Shown one piece after another: positions 45,937 to 56,223 of a DNA stretch of 64,000 nt. The notes under the pieces were generated by a model that did no database searches, was not told where the DNA came from, and saw only the letters and a program-made list of their open reading frames with translations. The position numbers and the translations under genes were made by a program. Positions within the stretch are counted from its first letter, which is position 1; each line of letters starts with the position of its first letter. Origin of the DNA: an uncultured Lachnospiraceae bacterium (lineage in GTDB: Bacteria > Bacillota > Clostridia > Lachnospirales > Lachnospiraceae); contig CASWRE010000005.1 in NCBI GenBank assembly GCA_949471785.1, forward strand, positions 13,342 through 77,341. The letters are read 5' to 3'.

Positions 45937-48588
45937 ATGGAGAAAAAGAATTCGGAATTTGATAAGGTATTCAGCGCATGGGACATTCTCGTCATTGCAT
46001 TTGGGGCAATGATCGGCTGGGGATGGGTGGTTTCCACCGGCGACTGGATCGGCAGAGGAGGCGTGATCGGAGCGGCGATGGGTTTCATGATCGGCGGGAT
46101 CATGGTGTTTTTTGTGGGGCTTACCTATGCGGAGCTGACGGCGGCCATGCCTCAGTGCGGCGGGGAGCATGTATTCAGCTACAAGGCCCTGGGACCCACA
46201 GGTTCCTTTATCTGTACCTGGGCCATTATCCTGGGATACGTCAGTGTCGTCTGCTTTGAGGCATGCGCCCTGCCCACGATCGTAACGTATATATACCCGG
46301 ATTTTCTGAAGGGCTATCTGTACACGGTGGCGGGCTTTGACATATACGCCTCCTGGCTGGCCGTGGCGGTCGTTATGGCGATCTTTATCACGTATATTAA
46401 TATCCGCGGCGCCAGGACCGCGGCCATCCTGCAGACAGTGCTGACGGTGATCATCGGCGGCGTGGGTATCCTGCTGATTGCTTCCTCGGCGCTGAACGGA
46501 GATATCGCCAATCTGGAGCCGCAGCTTTTTGCCGGGGATTCGGCGGGCAGTATCCTGAAATCTATGTTCAGCGTGGCGGTGGTGACGCCTTTCTTCTTTA
46601 TTGGTTTTGACGTAATCCCTCAGGCGGCGGAGGAGATCAATGTCCCGTTAAAGAAAATCGGAAAGATCATGATCCTGTCCATCCTTCTGGCGGTGGCTTT
46701 TTATGGGCTGATCATCGTGGGTGTGGGTTACGTCATGAGCCCGGAGGCGATTCTGCAGTCCCAGAACGGCTCCGGCCTGGTCACGGCGGACGCCATGGCG
46801 ATGGCTTTCCATAGCAGTATTATGTCGAAGGTACTGATCGTCGGCGGCATGTGCGGTATTGTCACCAGCTGGAATTCCTTCATGATCGGCGGCAGCCGGG
46901 CCATGTATTCCATGGCGGAATCCTACATGATCCCCAAATGCTTTTCCAGGCTGCATCAAAAACACAAGACTCCCGTTAATGCGCTGTACCTGATCGGCGC
47001 CCTGTCCGTATTGGCTCCGTTCTGTGGGCGGAAGATGCTGGTATGGGTTGTGGACGCGGGAAACTTCGGCTGCTGTCTGGCCTACTGCATGGTTTCCGTT
47101 TCTTTTGTGGTATTGCGGACGAAGGCGCCCGGGATGGAACGCCCCTACCAAGTGAAGCACTACAAACCCGTGGGGGCGGCGGCAATCCTGATGTCAGGTA
47201 TTATGGTGGCGATGTATATGATTCCCGGCTCCGGCTGTACCCTGGTCGCTCAGGAATGGGCCATGGCGGGAGGCTGGGCCCTGCTGGGAGTGGTATTTTA
47301 TGCTGTCTGCAAGCTGAAATATAAAGAAAAATTCGCCACGCACATCGATGTGGCCGTGGAAGATGGGGCGGCCGTACCGGACGAAGTGGAGACGGCTCTG
47401 GAAGAAGCTCTGGAAACAGTCCATACGGAAACCGTTGTCAGAGAAAATGTACCGGCTATGGACTTTTCCTATTTCCTCCCTGTCAACATTGTATTCGGCC
47501 GGGGAAAAGCGGATCAGATCGGGGATCTGGCCAGGCCCTACGGGAAGAAGGCCCTGGTGGTCACAGGCAGAAGCAGCGCGAAGAAGTCCGGCCTGTATGA
47601 CCGGGTGGCAAAGAGCCTGTCCGGGGCGGGCATAGCCCATGTATTATTTGATAAGGCGGAACCCAATCCGCTGACCACCACCGCCGAGGAGGGCGCGGCA
47701 TTTGCCAAAGCTAACGGCTGCGACATGGTGGCAGCCATCGGCGGCGGCAGCATCATGGACTGCGCCAAGGCCATCGCTTTCCTGGCGGTCAATCCGGGCA
47801 ACATTAATGATTATATATTTAACAGGCAGACGGGTACGGAAGCCCTGCCCCTGATTCTGCTGCCCACCACCTGCGGTACCGGCTCGGAGGGGAACGGTTT
47901 TGCCGTGCTCACCAATCCGGAGACAGGGGATAAAAAATCCCTGCGGACCAACGCCATCGTGGCGAAGGTATCTGTCGTGGACCCGGAGTGCATGATGACC
48001 ATGCCGAAGAAGGTATTGGCGTCCGTGGGTTTCGACGCTCTGTGTCATTGTATGGAGGCATACACTTCCCGAATTGCTCAGCCTTTCACTGACGCGCTGG
48101 CCCTGTATGCCATGACGCTGATTGCGGAAAATCTGGCTGAGGTGTACCACGGCACGGCTGCTGAAGACGGCTGGGAGAAGATCGCCCTGGCCAGCACGAT
48201 CGGCGGTATGGTCATAAATACGGCGGGGGTGACGCTGGCTCATGGTATGGAGCATCCCGCCAGCGGGCTTAAGAATATCACCCATGGCCAGGGTCTGGCG
48301 GCGCTGACCCCGGCGGTAATAGAGGCGTCCCGGAGAGGGGAGCATTTTAAATACGCAAAGATCGCGCGGATCTTCGGAGGCCTTACCGCCGCGGACTGTG
48401 CGCCGAAGATCCGGAGTCTGCTCAAAGAGCTGGATCTGGACTGCCGGCTGTCGGATCTTGGGCTTAAGGAGGGAGATGTTTCCTGGATGGCGGAAAACTG
48501 TATGAAAGTATCCGCCGCCGCGGTGGCTAATAATCCGGTGGTATTTACAGAGGAGGAGATCGCAGAGATTTACAGAAAAGCAATGTAG
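45937..48588 (+). CDS. Fusion protein: APC-family amino-acid permease (aa 1 to about 470) + iron-containing alcohol dehydrogenase (aa about 508-883)
   Basis: N-terminal half: 12-TM APC pattern (AFGAMIGWGWVV, YAELTAAMPQCGGEHVF). An acidic linker follows. C-terminal half: Fe-ADH motifs (VTGRSSAKKSG, AIGGGSIMDCAKAIA, LPTTCGTGSE, HGMEHP). It is one uninterrupted ORF. Confidence 0.8.
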   Translation: MEKKNSEFDKVFSAWDILVIAFGAMIGWGWVVSTGDWIGRGGVIGAAMGFMIGGIMVFFVGLTYAELTAAMPQCGGEHVFSYKALGPTGSFICTWAIILGYVSVVCFEACALPTIVTYIYPDFLKGYLYTVAGFDIYASWLAVAVVMAIFITYINIRGARTAAILQTVLTVIIGGVGILLIASSALNGDIANLEPQLFAGDSAGSILKSMFSVAVVTPFFFIGFDVIPQAAEEINVPLKKIGKIMILSILLAVAFYGLIIVGVGYVMSPEAILQSQNGSGLVTADAMAMAFHSSIMSKVLIVGGMCGIVTSWNSFMIGGSRAMYSMAESYMIPKCFSRLHQKHKTPVNALYLIGALSVLAPFCGRKMLVWVVDAGNFGCCLAYCMVSVSFVVLRTKAPGMERPYQVKHYKPVGAAAILMSGIMVAMYMIPGSGCTLVAQEWAMAGGWALLGVVFYAVCKLKYKEKFATHIDVAVEDGAAVPDEVETALEEALETVHTETVVRENVPAMDFSYFLPVNIVFGRGKADQIGDLARPYGKKALVVTGRSSAKKSGLYDRVAKSLSGAGIAHVLFDKAEPNPLTTTAEEGAAFAKANGCDMVAAIGGGSIMDCAKAIAFLAVNPGNINDYIFNRQTGTEALPLILLPTTCGTGSEGNGFAVLTNPETGDKKSLRTNAIVAKVSVVDPECMMTMPKKVLASVGFDALCHCMEAYTSRIAQPFTDALALYAMTLIAENLAEVYHGTAAEDGWEKIALASTIGGMVINTAGVTLAHGMEHPASGLKNITHGQGLAALTPAVIEASRRGEHFKYAKIARIFGGLTAADCAPKIRSLLKELDLDCRLSDLGLKEGDVSWMAENCMKVSAAAVANNPVVFTEEEIAEIYRKAM

Positions 48589-48688
48589 AGGCCCGGTCGG
48601 TGCGGCGTCTGCGAAATCTTCCTATGACGCGTTGCCGTCTGCCGAGTGAATTTGCAATGATTTCTTAAATAAACGCTGTAAGCGGTTT

Positions 48689-48738
48689 TGCCTGCTTCCT
48701 CTGATGCGCTGGCGTCGGAATGGAGGCGGGCATTTTTT
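48689..48738 (+). terminator. Intrinsic terminator after the fusion gene
   Basis: tgcctgcttcc ... ggaggcgggca (with G-U pairs), followed by tttttt. Confidence 0.5.
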
Positions 48739-48904
48739 ATGTATCCGAAACTTTTTCTGACATCCGGGCGATCATGCCCGCAAATGCGGCGGAAATGAAA
48801 GTAAAATAAATCCTGCAAAAAAGTTATAAAAAGTGCGGTACCGGAAAATATCTCTTTTTCATATAATTTATACAAATTTAAGAAAAGGAGGTTGAGAGAA
48901 AAGG

Positions 48905-49834
48905 ATGAAGAAAAAAGAAACGAAAACAAGACAGAAATTCTCCTTGAATCTCATGTGGAAGCAGAGATACCTTCTGTTCATGTCGGTTCCCTTCGTGATA
49001 TGGCTGATCATATTCAAGTATGTGCCGTTATGGGGATGGACGATGGCCTTTCAGGAGGTAAAGCCTGGTTCCTTTGCCCTGCCGATGTGGGAACGGAAAT
49101 TCGTGGGCTTTGATAACTTTATCAAGGCATTTACGGACCGCCTCTTCGGCCAGACCATGATCAACACCATCGGCATCAGTATCCTGGGCATTGCCATAGG
49201 AACCGTCACATCGATACTTTTTGCGCTGATCCTGAACGAACTGTGTTTTACACGGTTCAAGAAATTCACGCAGACGGTGTCCTATCTTCCCCACTTCGTA
49301 TCCTGGGTTATCATCGCCAGTATTGCGAAAATGCTTTTGAACGACGGCGGCGCGATCGATACCATGCTCAATACGAAGCTGCACCTGATGTCCAATAACT
49401 CCCCGGCTTTCTGGATCGTGGTCTGCCTGATCAATGTCTGGAAGGAGATGGGCTGGGACGCCATCATCTACCTGTCCGCCATGGCCGGTATCGACCAGGG
49501 GCTTTACGAGGCGGCAAAGGTGGACGGGGCCAACCGGCTGCAGAGGATCTGGAATGTGACTCTTCCCAGCACCAAGCCCACGATCATCGTCCTGCTGATT
49601 ATGAGTGTCGGCGGCGCCCTGAATGTGGGTATGGAGCGCCAGATGCTCTTAAGCAACAGCATCGTGCAGGATCACGCCATGGTTCTCTCCTGGTTCGCTT
49701 ATGTCCGCGGTATCGGAAGCAACAATTACGGCCTGGGTACCGCCATCGGTATGTTCCAGTCGGTGGTCGGTATTATCCTGTTGTTCATTGCCAATAAAGT
49801 GGCGGGAATGATGGGCGAGAGCAAGCTTGTGTAG
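48905..49834 (+). CDS. ABC transporter permease (LplB/YteP-like)
   Basis: 309 aa. N-terminal ..WKQRYLLFMSVPFVIWLIIFKYVPLWGW.. and EAA loop YEAAKVDGANRLQRIWNVTLP. Confidence 0.85.
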   Translation: MKKKETKTRQKFSLNLMWKQRYLLFMSVPFVIWLIIFKYVPLWGWTMAFQEVKPGSFALPMWERKFVGFDNFIKAFTDRLFGQTMINTIGISILGIAIGTVTSILFALILNELCFTRFKKFTQTVSYLPHFVSWVIIASIAKMLLNDGGAIDTMLNTKLHLMSNNSPAFWIVVCLINVWKEMGWDAIIYLSAMAGIDQGLYEAAKVDGANRLQRIWNVTLPSTKPTIIVLLIMSVGGALNVGMERQMLLSNSIVQDHAMVLSWFAYVRGIGSNNYGLGTAIGMFQSVVGIILLFIANKVAGMMGESKLV

Positions 49835-49844
49835 GAGGCGGAAA

Positions 49845-50740
49845 ATGGCAAAAAAAGACAGTAACCAGATTAAATATACCGGAAGTGAGAAGGTTCTGGA
49901 TTATATCCTGCTGGTATTTTGTATACTTCTCGTAGTTATAACCGTCTACCCGTTTTTGAACGTGCTGGCTATTTCCCTGAATGATTCCATGGATACCATG
50001 CGGAATGTGAATTTCATCATTCCCCGGAAGTTTACGCTGAGCAACTACATTTACATATTTAAAGAGAATAACCTGGCCGGCGCCTTTATGATGTCGGTGG
50101 TGAAGACCCTCGTCGGAACGATCATAGGCGTGATCTGTACGGCCATGCTGGCTTATGTGCTCAGCCGGAAAGATTTCTATTTTAATAAACCGTTTACGAT
50201 CCTTTTTATCATTACGATGTATGTCAGCGGCGGTATGATTCCCGAGTACCTGCTGATCACCAGGACCCTGAATTTGGGCAACAATTTCTGGGTGTACATT
50301 ATCCCCGGCCTGATCTGGGTGTACAATGTGATCCTGATGCGGTCATTTATCGAGGGACTGCCCATAGCCCTGCAGGAGGCGGCCAAGCTGGACGGCGCCA
50401 ATGACTTTGTGATCTGGCTGAAGGTGATCCTTCCCCTGTGCACGCCGACCATCGCGACGGTAGCCCTGTTCCTGGCAGTGGGCCAGTGGAATTCCTTCAT
50501 GGATAGTATCTGTACGCCAGGGATCTGCCCACGTTGCAGTATGTACTGTATGAGATTATGGAGCAGGCTATGATCCAGATCGATCCCCATGCCGCTGCCT
50601 CCCAGATGACAAAGGCGGTATCGCCGGTGTCCGTGCGTATGGCCATTACCATCGTGGCCACCGTGCCGATCCTGATCGTGTATCCGTTTCTGCAGAAATA
50701 CTTTGTGGGCGGCATGACTTTGGGAGCTGTGAAGGATTGA
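49845..50740 (+). pseudogene. ABC transporter permease (LplC-like), frameshifted near 50508-50512
   Basis: ORF 49827..50573 carries the body (EAAKLDGANDFVIWLKVILP). The conserved C-terminus (RDLPTLQYVLYEIMEQ...VPILIVYPFLQKYFVGGMTLGAVKD) continues in another frame (50534..50740). Confidence 0.7.
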
Positions 50741-50773
50741 TGATAGTTTAAAATATTAAAGGAGATAAAACGT

Positions 50774-52232
50774 ATGAAAGCAAAGAAAGTATGGGCTTTA
50801 GTATTGGCGGTCTCCATGGCCGTGGGCATGTTAGGCGGTTGCGGCGGCAAGGGCGGAGACGGCGGCAGCGCCGCCGATGCGGCCGGAAGCGGTTCTGCCG
50901 CGGGCGAGGACGGCGTGGTGGAATTGACATTTTACAATGCGGACGGACAGGAGGACGATCCCTGGAGCGATCCTGTAGCGCAGGCATTGACAGAAAAGAC
51001 CGGCGTAAAGCTGCTGATGGACCATCCGGTGGGCGAGGACAAGCAGCGGATTTCCCTGATGATCGCCGAGCAGAAATACCCGGATATCATCTATGCCAAG
51101 GGCGACGCGGGCAGCCTGATCGACGCGGGTGTGCTCATCGACATGACGGACTTGATTGAGGAGTACGGCCCCAATATTAAAAAGCTGTACGGGGACGAGT
51201 TCGACAAGCTGAAATATTCCGCGGACGACCCGTCGATCTATCAGCTCTCTTCCTATGGCAAGGGCGGCGAAGTGTACAAACACTCCGGTACGGCTCAACT
51301 GCAGTGGGCTGTTCTGAAAGAAAATAATTATGAGGTTCCGAAGACGCTGGAGCAGTTTGAGAAAATGATCAAAGACTATCTGGCCGCCCATCCCCAGACC
51401 GAGGACGGTATGGACACAATCGGCCTGAGCATGTCCGCCTCCGACTGGCACTGGATGATTACTCTGGGCAACCCGGCAGGCTATATCGCCGAGGGCGCAC
51501 CGGATAATGGCCAGTGGCTGATCGACGAAAACTATAATGCTATTTATAAATTTGCTTCGCCGAAGGTGCGCGAGTACTTCAAATGGCTGAACCGGATGTA
51601 CAATGAGGGGATTTTGGACCCGGAATTTGCCACCCAGACCCATGACGACTATATTGCCAAGATCTCTTCCGGCCGTGTGCTGGCGCTTACGGATACTGAC
51701 TGGGACTATGCCGACGGCGAGAAGATCCTGAAACAGGACGGCAAGCTGGATAAAACTTACGCAGGCCTTCCGGTGACGATGGACGAGGGCACGAAAGCTC
51801 CCTGCCTGATATACCAGGGCCTTCCCCAATTATCCCTTCCCCCGCGACGGCGACGGCGTGATGGATGAGACGGGCAGCACCTACCGGGTGGTGGGCAAGG
51901 ATTCTGTAATCGCAGAGTATGACGAGGAGCAGAAAGCGGCCTGCGAAGCGTGGAATACAGAGCTTCTGATGGATATCTTCCCCCAGGCTTCGGAGTTTGA
52001 GACTCCCGCCTATTCTCCTGTGTGGGCTCTCTCCAAGCCGGTGGAATTTGACGAGATCGGCAACAAGCTGGATGAGATCGCCCAGGCGGATCTGATCAGC
52101 TGCGTCATGGCCAGCGAGGCGGATTTTGACGGTCTGTATGACAAGATGATTTCCGAGCTGGAGGGTTCCGGTATGGCGGACGCGGCAAAAATGCTGACAG
52201 ACCTGATCCAGGCCCAGGTGGCGGCCCAGTAA
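50774..52232 (+). pseudogene. Extracellular solute-binding lipoprotein (LplA-like), frameshifted near 51818-51824
   Basis: Lipobox LGGCGG at the N-terminus. The reading continues naturally (..IYQG / FPNYPFPRDGDGVMDETGSTY..) only after a 1-nt frame change joining ORFs 50774..51868 and 51858..52232. Confidence 0.7.
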
Positions 52233-52280
52233 AAGGCAAAGGCTTCAGGATAATTCTATTTCTTATACTCCTTTTAAAAA

Positions 52281-52314
52281 AGAGGACAGCGGATAAAAAC
52301 GTTGTCCTCTTTTA
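52281..52314 (+). terminator. Intrinsic terminator
   Basis: agaggacagcg / cgttgtcctct followed by ttt. Confidence 0.6.
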
Positions 52315-52454
52315 TCTTAGTTTTGAATATGAATGTAAAGAAAACGCTTTACAAACACTCGTAATGCGATATAATAAATGTATTCTCGGAGTCTCTTTGT
52401 GCCTGAATTTGCGAGATTCCGAGAGTACATATAAGGAAAAAGGAGGGATGATCT

Positions 52455-52718
52455 ATGGCGCAGGCCAGTGTAAATTTCCGTATAGATGCGGAGCTAAAAG
52501 AAAACGTCGAAGATATATGTAAAAAAATGGGCATGAACCTTACAACAGCAATAACGGTTTTTTTGACAAAAGTTGCGCAAGAGAGACGGATACCCTTTGA
52601 GATCACGGCAGATGCCGATCCGTTTTACAGTGAAAGCAATATCCGCTATCTGGAAAAGAAGATGGAAGATTATAAAGCGAGGCGGCTGAGGCTGGCAGAA
52701 CATGATTTGATAGATTAG
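52455..52718 (+). CDS. Type II antitoxin, RelB/DinJ family
   Basis: 87 aa. N-terminal ribbon-helix-helix pattern VNFRIDAELKENVEDICKKMGMNLTTAITVFLTKV. The C-terminal toxin-binding tail ends 20 nt before the toxin frame. Confidence 0.85.
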   Translation: MAQASVNFRIDAELKENVEDICKKMGMNLTTAITVFLTKVAQERRIPFEITADADPFYSESNIRYLEKKMEDYKARRLRLAEHDLID

Positions 52719-52740
52719 ATAGCAGGGAGTTGTTATACAA

Positions 52741-53001
52741 ATTAAGCGTATACAATGGGATTATGACGCATGGGACGAATATTGTGAATGGCAGCAAACG
52801 GATCGGCCTACCCTGAAACGTATAAACCAGCTAATAAAAGATATGCGGAGAAACCCATTTGACGGCATTGGCAAACCGGAGCCATTAAGAGGAAATCTAA
52901 GCGGGTTCTGGAGTCGGCGTATAGATGGAGCAAACAGGATCATTTATGCTGTTGAAAAGGAAACTGTTATTGTAATTTCCTGTAAAGGGCATTATGAGTA
53001 G
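52741..53001 (+). CDS. yoeB: YoeB/Txe family toxin (no canonical start codon; possibly ATT/ATA-initiated or inactivated)
   Basis: [80 protein letters not shown] is a full-length YoeB pattern. The frame opens at 52723 and contains no ATG/GTG/TTG before the conserved W. Confidence 0.7.
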   Translation: MKRIQWDYDAWDEYCEWQQTDRPTLKRINQLIKDMRRNPFDGIGKPEPLRGNLSGFWSRRIDGANRIIYAVEKETVIVISCKGHYE

Positions 53002-53100
53002 TATAATACGGATGTGGCAGGATAAAGGCTGCAAAGAGGCTGCCGTTGCGGTAGATTCTCTTTGCAGCTTTTCTTGTGGCGGACTGTCCGTAGACAGCGG

Positions 53101-55187
53101 TTAACCCATGATCACCGTCACCTGATATTCCGTTTTCGTCCCGTCCGGGCAGATCCGGTTGCCGTCGGCGGGCTGCCCGTCGATCGCCATGGAGCGGATG
53201 CCTTTCTCCACATGAACCGGATTCTTGATCGTGATATGGATATCTGCGCCCCGGTAGCGGCGCGTGATTTCCAGTTCTCCCAGATCCCCGGGCAGGCAGG
53301 GATCGATCCGCAGCCCGTCGAATTCCGGCCGGATGCCCAAGGATGTACTGGGAGACATTGACGAAGGTCCAGGCGGCGGTGCCGGTGAGCCAGCTGTTTT
53401 TCGCCTCGCCGTGTTTCGGCGCGTCCCTGCCCGCGATCATCTGGGAGTAGACATACGGTTCTGTCCGGTGGATTTCGCTGATATCCTCGATATAAGCGGG
53501 GCAGGTCTTTTTATAGATCTCAAAGGCTCTGCCGCCCCGACCGACGCAGGTCTCCGCAATGGAAATCCAGAGATTGTTGTGGCAGAATATCCCCGCGTTT
53601 TCCTTGTATCCCGGTGGGTAGGAGGAAATTTCTCCCAGGTTCACATAATAGTGGCTGTAGGCGGGCTGCTGCAGCACGATGCCGTAGCGGGTGTCCAGGC
53701 GCTCCTTCACGGAATCCAGAGCCTTTTTGGCATAGCCTTCCCGGATGCCGATACCGGCAAGCACGCAGAAACCCTGGGGTTCAATGTAGATTTTTCCTTC
53801 CTGGCATTCGTCGGAGCCCGCCTTATGGCCGTTGGCGTCGTAGGCCCGGAGAAACTATCCGCCGTCCCAGCCGGCGTCCAGCACGGTCCGGGTCATGGCT
53901 TCCACGGCCTGATCGGCCCGATCAGCTTCATCTGTGCTGCCCGCAAGACGGCAGATGGCCGCATAGTCCCGTCCGTATTTGACAAACATGCCCGCGATGA
54001 AGACGGATTCTGCCACCGGCCCTTCCGAGGGGCCGAAGGTTTGGAAGGATTCCCCGGTCTCTTTGATATAGGCGGCCGTTCCGGCGATCAGCCACAGGGG
54101 GTCGTCGTTAAATCCGCTGCCGATATCCGCGTTGCCCTTTTTGGTAAGGGGCTGGTACTGGTGGTAGGCGCTCCCGTCTTCAAACTGGGTGGCGGCGATG
54201 TCCAGGATACGCTGCCTGGCCCGGTCAGGGATCAGGTGGACGAAGCCCAGAAGATACTGGCAGGAATCGCGGAAGCCCATGCCCCTCCCGGTGCCCGACT
54301 CAAAATAGGAGGCGGAGCGGGACATATTGAACGTGACCATACACTGATACTGGTTCCAGATATTGACCATACGGGAAAGCTTTGTATCGGCGCATTCCAG
54401 GGTGAACCGGGACAGCAGCCCTTCCCAGTAGCGGTTCAGGGCGCTTAGGGCATCTTCGATTTTCTCATCGGTGTCCAGGCGGGAAATGGCCGCCAGCGCG
54501 GGCGCTTTCCCTCACAGCTTTCGGGTTTTCCACGCTGCCGTAGGCGCCGAGGAAAACGTCCCTGTCCGTGTCGAAGCCGTCGATTGCCGCATTGACGGTG
54601 TAGTAGGCATAGTGGCTTCTGCGCTCCCGGTATTCGGTCTTGTGGTAAATGGTGGAACCGACGACCTCCACCTCGCCCAGGCTTAAGTTCCGCTGGAAAT
54701 TCGTTGCGTCGTCCACCGCGTTCCAGAAACAGAATTCCACATAGGAGCTTAAAGACAGGGTCTGGTTCTCCCCGGTTTCGTTGCAGAGGACAAGGCGGTT
54801 TACCTCGCAGGATTCGCCCAGGGGGACAAAGGCGGTGAGGTCGGCCCGGATACCGTTTTTTGTGGAGATAAACCGGCTGTAGCCCAGGCCGTGGCGGCAC
54901 TCATAGGTGTCCAGGGGAGTTTTCACCGGCTGCCAGCCCGGCGTCCAGACGGTCCCGTTGTGATGGATGAAGTAATACCGGCCGTTGGTGTCCGCGGGCA
55001 CATTGTTGTAGCGGTAGCGGGTCAGCCGCAGGAGCTTGGCATCTTTGTAGAAGCTGTAGCCCCCGCAGGTGTTGGAAATTAACGAGAAAAAGGCCTCGTT
55101 TCCCAGGTAATTGATCCAGGGAAGCGGGGTCTGCGGCGTGGAAATCACATATTCCTTCCTCACGTCGTCGAAGTGTCCGAATTTCAT
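53101..55187 (-). pseudogene. GH94 cellobiose/chitobiose phosphorylase, disrupted (2 frameshifts + 1 in-frame TAG)
   Basis: The N-terminus MKFGHFDDVRKEYVISTPQTPLPWINYLG.. is typical GH94. The frame changes near 54505-54517. An in-frame TAG at 53855-53857 sits where WDG-E-W-FLRAYD is expected. A further frameshift lies near 53335, before ..[14 protein letters not shown]... Confidence 0.8.
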
Positions 55188-55261
55188 GATGATTAATCCT
55201 TTCTTTATAAAGTTTAGCGGATATCCAAAAGCCGGCGGCGGGTATCCGCTTGTTTACACAT

Positions 55262-55942
55262 TCAATACTGCGATGTCCCGGCTATTATGTCGGCGTGTTC
55301 ACGCAGGATGCCCTGCCGGTGTTCCGCGGTTTCCTTCTCATAGGGGAGAAAGATCTTGTTCAGTATGCGGCATCTGCAGAAGGCCGTAAATACGAGGCCG
55401 AAAGTGGACAGGACCATGAGTACGACAGACAGGGAGGCGAACAGCAGGAAACAGGCGGCGGCCGCGTCTATGGCCAGCAGGCCCAGGGTTCCCTTCAGAT
55501 TTCTGACGGCAAGGCCCCAGGCGTTTTTTATGGCCTGTACAGGCGTGCATACAAATTTTCCGATCAGGGGGAAGGTGTAATGGAAAATGACCAGCCACAT
55601 GACCGTCAGGGCAATCAGCAGGCCGGTGACGGCGGCGGAGAGGGGATTTCCCTTGAAGGGCCAGAAAAACAGGTTGAAAACCAGCAGGGCGCCTACGGCA
55701 AAAAGGATAAGGAAAGAGACGGCGCCTGTCCTGAAATTGCGCCGGAATTCCCGCAAATAGGTGCGCACCAGATAGCCGTATTCGCCCCGCGATTCTTTGA
55801 TGAGTATATAATACAGGGAAGCGACGGCCGTTCCCACGGTAAAAACGGGGATGCATGTGACCATAAAGACCATATTCAGCACCACAAAGTTAAATATCGT
55901 GTTGATAAAATCAATGAATGGATTTATTTTACCTGCATTCAT
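55262..55942 (-). CDS. YesL/DUF624 family membrane protein
   Basis: 226 aa. N-terminal FIDFINTIFNFVVLNMVFMVTCIPVFTVGTAVASLY is the typical DUF624 pattern. Confidence 0.8.
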   Translation of the reverse strand: MNAGKINPFIDFINTIFNFVVLNMVFMVTCIPVFTVGTAVASLYYILIKESRGEYGYLVRTYLREFRRNFRTGAVSFLILFAVGALLVFNLFFWPFKGNPLSAAVTGLLIALTVMWLVIFHYTFPLIGKFVCTPVQAIKNAWGLAVRNLKGTLGLLAIDAAAACFLLFASLSVVLMVLSTFGLVFTAFCRCRILNKIFLPYEKETAEHRQGILREHADIIAGTSQY

Positions 55943-56223
55943 ATCCGCAACCTCCGAGTCCTGTTTTGAACAATCTGTCCGGACAGCTCCCGTCCGGCGT
56001 GCGTCGTGGGACGGGGATCTGTTTACTCTGATTATAGCCGTAGGGAGACCGGCCCGGCTACGGAAGAAAAGCGTACAGAACTATGTAGAAAATTTGACAT
56101 GATGGGCGCAGGCCCCCCGTCCGGTCAATTTCAACCTGTCTTTCCGGCGAAATTTGTTGTATACTGAGCTTAATTAATAACGATTCGGCCGGTGTACGGC
56201 CGGCACAGGGAAAGAGGAAGTAT

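Noticed and set aside
53855-53857. In-frame TAG inside the GH94 gene as possible stop-codon reassignment or programmed read-through.
   Set aside because: TAG is used as an ordinary terminator by other genes in the window (for example spoIIAA at 32127-32129 and the ATPase remnant at 36049-36051). The same gene also carries two frameshifts, so pseudogenisation is the simpler explanation.
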